NCBI GenBank assembly: GCA_009103225.1
Contig: RHPI01001010.1
Coordinates: 62,001-126,000 of the forward strand
Source of the DNA: Chlorokybus atmophyticus
Lineage: Eukaryota; Plantae; Mesostigma and Chlorokybus algae
Reading direction: 5' to 3'
Length of the DNA stretch: 64,000 nucleotides
Part shown: positions 62,169 through 64,000 of the stretch, in pieces
Position numbering within the stretch: position 1 is the first letter of the stretch
Layout of the letters: each line of letters begins with the position of its first letter
Position numbers and translations under genes: made by a program
Notes under the pieces: model-generated
Told to the model about the DNA's origin: nothing
The model's input: the letters and a program-made list of their open reading frames with translations, nothing else
Databases searched by the model: none

Positions 62169-63924
62169 ATGCCGCCGAAGGGGCGGGCTGTGGCTGCTGG
62201 CGGGCAGCGCGGCCGAAAGAAGCCGGCTGCTGGAGCTGCGCAGCCAGGCAAGCAGGCCGCATCACCGGCCGGTGATGAGGGGCAGGCCAGCGCGGCCAAG
62301 CAGCGGCGAGCAGCGCGGAAGGCCACGCAGCCTGCTGCGCCGGTAGCTAGGCGTACGGCTCAGCCTGTGCCGCCAAAGTCACATGCGGCCGACGCAGAGC
62401 CAGAGCCAGAGCCAGAGCCAGAGGTGACGCTGGAAAACGCTGCAGAGCCAGAGCAAGCTGCCAAGCTAAAGCTGCCCACGGTTCCGCGACGTCAGCGTAG
62501 TAGAGTGGAATTGTCATCCACCTCGGAGGAGGAGGAGGACAACAAAAAGAAGAGGTTCAAGAGGAAGAAGAAGGTGCACAAGAAGAGACGCACGTCGTCC
62601 TCGTCATCCACCTCCTCGTCATCATCTAGCTCTGATACGGACAGCTCCGACTCTGGAGATAGGCATACGAGATACATCAAGCACACCGGCTTCATCAAGC
62701 GCCTGTCCAAGCAATCAGAGACATATGCCTTGTGGGAGGAGTACCGCACGCGCAAGGTCTCGACTGGTGTGCAGGCTTGCTTCGAGGCGATTGGCCGTGC
62801 CCTCTTCACAGGTCCGCCAGTTGCGCAGTTGGTGTCATATCTGTATCAGATGCTGCTCACGCACGTGCACGGTAGCGTGGACTTTGCAGCAGCTTTTGCG
62901 ACCGGGGCTCGAGGTATCATCAACGACGCCCGCATCAACCGCAAACACAAGGAAGCCAAGGTGATTCGGCGCCTCACCAAGCTCGCCAACAGCTTCCAGG
63001 GCAAAGCAGCCATGCAAGCGNGCAGCAGCTTTTGCGACCGGGGCTCGGGGTATCATCAACGACACCCGCATCAACCGCAAACACAAGGAAGCCAAGGTGA
63101 TTCGGCGCCTTACCAAGCTCGCCAACAGCTTCCAGGGCAAAGCAGCCATGCAAAAAGGCAAAGACTTCTGTCCCTCAGTAAGTCTGTTGCTTGTGAGAGT
63201 TGTAACACCAAACATGCAATGCGCTGACATGCACATATGCACTTTGCTTAACAGTCGCACAATGTGTGCGTGCAGTATGCTCAGCAACTGCTGTTTGTGT
63301 CATGGTGCAATGCGCACCTGCTTATGAACATGCACAATGTGTGCATGCAGCATGCTCAGCAGCTGCTATCTGTTGTAATGGTGCAATGCGCGCCTGTTCA
63401 ACAATGGCACAATGTGTGCATAATACATGCAGCGTGCACCACAGTTGCTGTCAGATAGCATGGTGCTTCACGCACCCGTTGTATTTGATAATGCGCACAA
63501 TGTGTGCATACAACATCAGTTGCAACACCATGTCAATGGTGCCATGTGCGCCTGTGTCCACTCCCATATATATGTCAAGCAGTGCACAGCACTTGTTCAT
63601 GTGTTGGTGCACAGCACATGTGCTGTTACTATTGCATTGAACAACCAGCTGCAATGGGCACGGTGCATACCTGTGAGTTCTACTTAAGGTTTGCTTCACG
63701 TTAGACCATTGATGCAATTGTGCGCCTACAGGCGCTCCGTCACAGAAGAGGGGAGCACCCAGTTCCAGCGTGGACGCGGTCGTGGTGGCTACGGCCGCGA
63801 TGGTCGTGGTGGTTACGGTCGCGGAGGCGGCTACAACAATCAACAGGCTGCGCCCGCTCACCAGGAAGCGCTGGCATACTATGTCCCCGTGCAAGAGCAG
63901 CCACGCCTAGCATTGCAGCAGTAA
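62169..63924 (+). CDS. Hypothetical basic/low-complexity protein with a helical core and an RGG-rich tail, possibly retroelement Gag/ORF1-like
   Basis: A ~1-kb intronless first exon (MPPKGR...KKKRFKRKKKVHKKRR..SSSS..helical region), a donor gtaagt at ~63179, and a later RGRGRGGYGRDGRGGYGRGGGY segment. The junction phase is unresolved, there is an internal duplicate at n63021, and the gene may continue past 63921. Confidence 0.55.
63257..63580. repeat. Degenerate intronic minisatellite, about 4 units of 75-88 bp
   Basis: The anchor gcacaatgtgtgc recurs at ~63257, 63332, 63407 and 63495, each followed by related ...atggtgc(a)atgcgc(a/g)cctg text. Confidence 0.7.
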
Positions 63925-64000
63925 GTCATGCTGCCAGTACAGCTGCCGAGTAGCTACAGTGCAATAGCAGAAGATGTCGACAGGTGCTGGTGTGTATCAT

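Noticed and set aside
1-64000. tRNA, rRNA, snRNA, CRISPR arrays or telomere arrays
   Set aside because: None were recognised by eye. The repeats present are microsatellites, short tandems or isolated telo-box words. A covariance-model scan could still find snoRNAs.

Overview
Eukaryotic, intron-rich genomic DNA (introns mostly 80-400 nt) from a draft assembly with four N gaps and three single-N joins. By manual splicing it holds about 15 protein-coding genes: CENP-H-like, HGD, an uncharacterised Pro/Ser/Arg-rich protein, UTP11, site-2 protease (M50), an M20 dipeptidase, an MSL10-type mechanosensitive channel, an F-box protein, SDF2, a small DASH/Dad2-like protein, CCDC115/Vma22, a TLDc protein, CDH1/CCS52, a histidine-phosphatase (PGM-like) protein, DNAJC8 and a possible Gag-like ORF. 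It also has a decayed pogo-type transposase, several AT-rich islands and many alternating purine-pyrimidine intron tracts. CDH1, MSL, HGD and DNAJC8 read as plant-type, so the source is probably a green-lineage alga, possibly a streptophyte (inference only). The most notable result is two kinetochore genes of families that land plants are reported to lack: a complete 10-exon CENP-H-like gene and an 85-aa Dad2-like gene. All family assignments come from motif recognition against remembered sequences; no database search was run.
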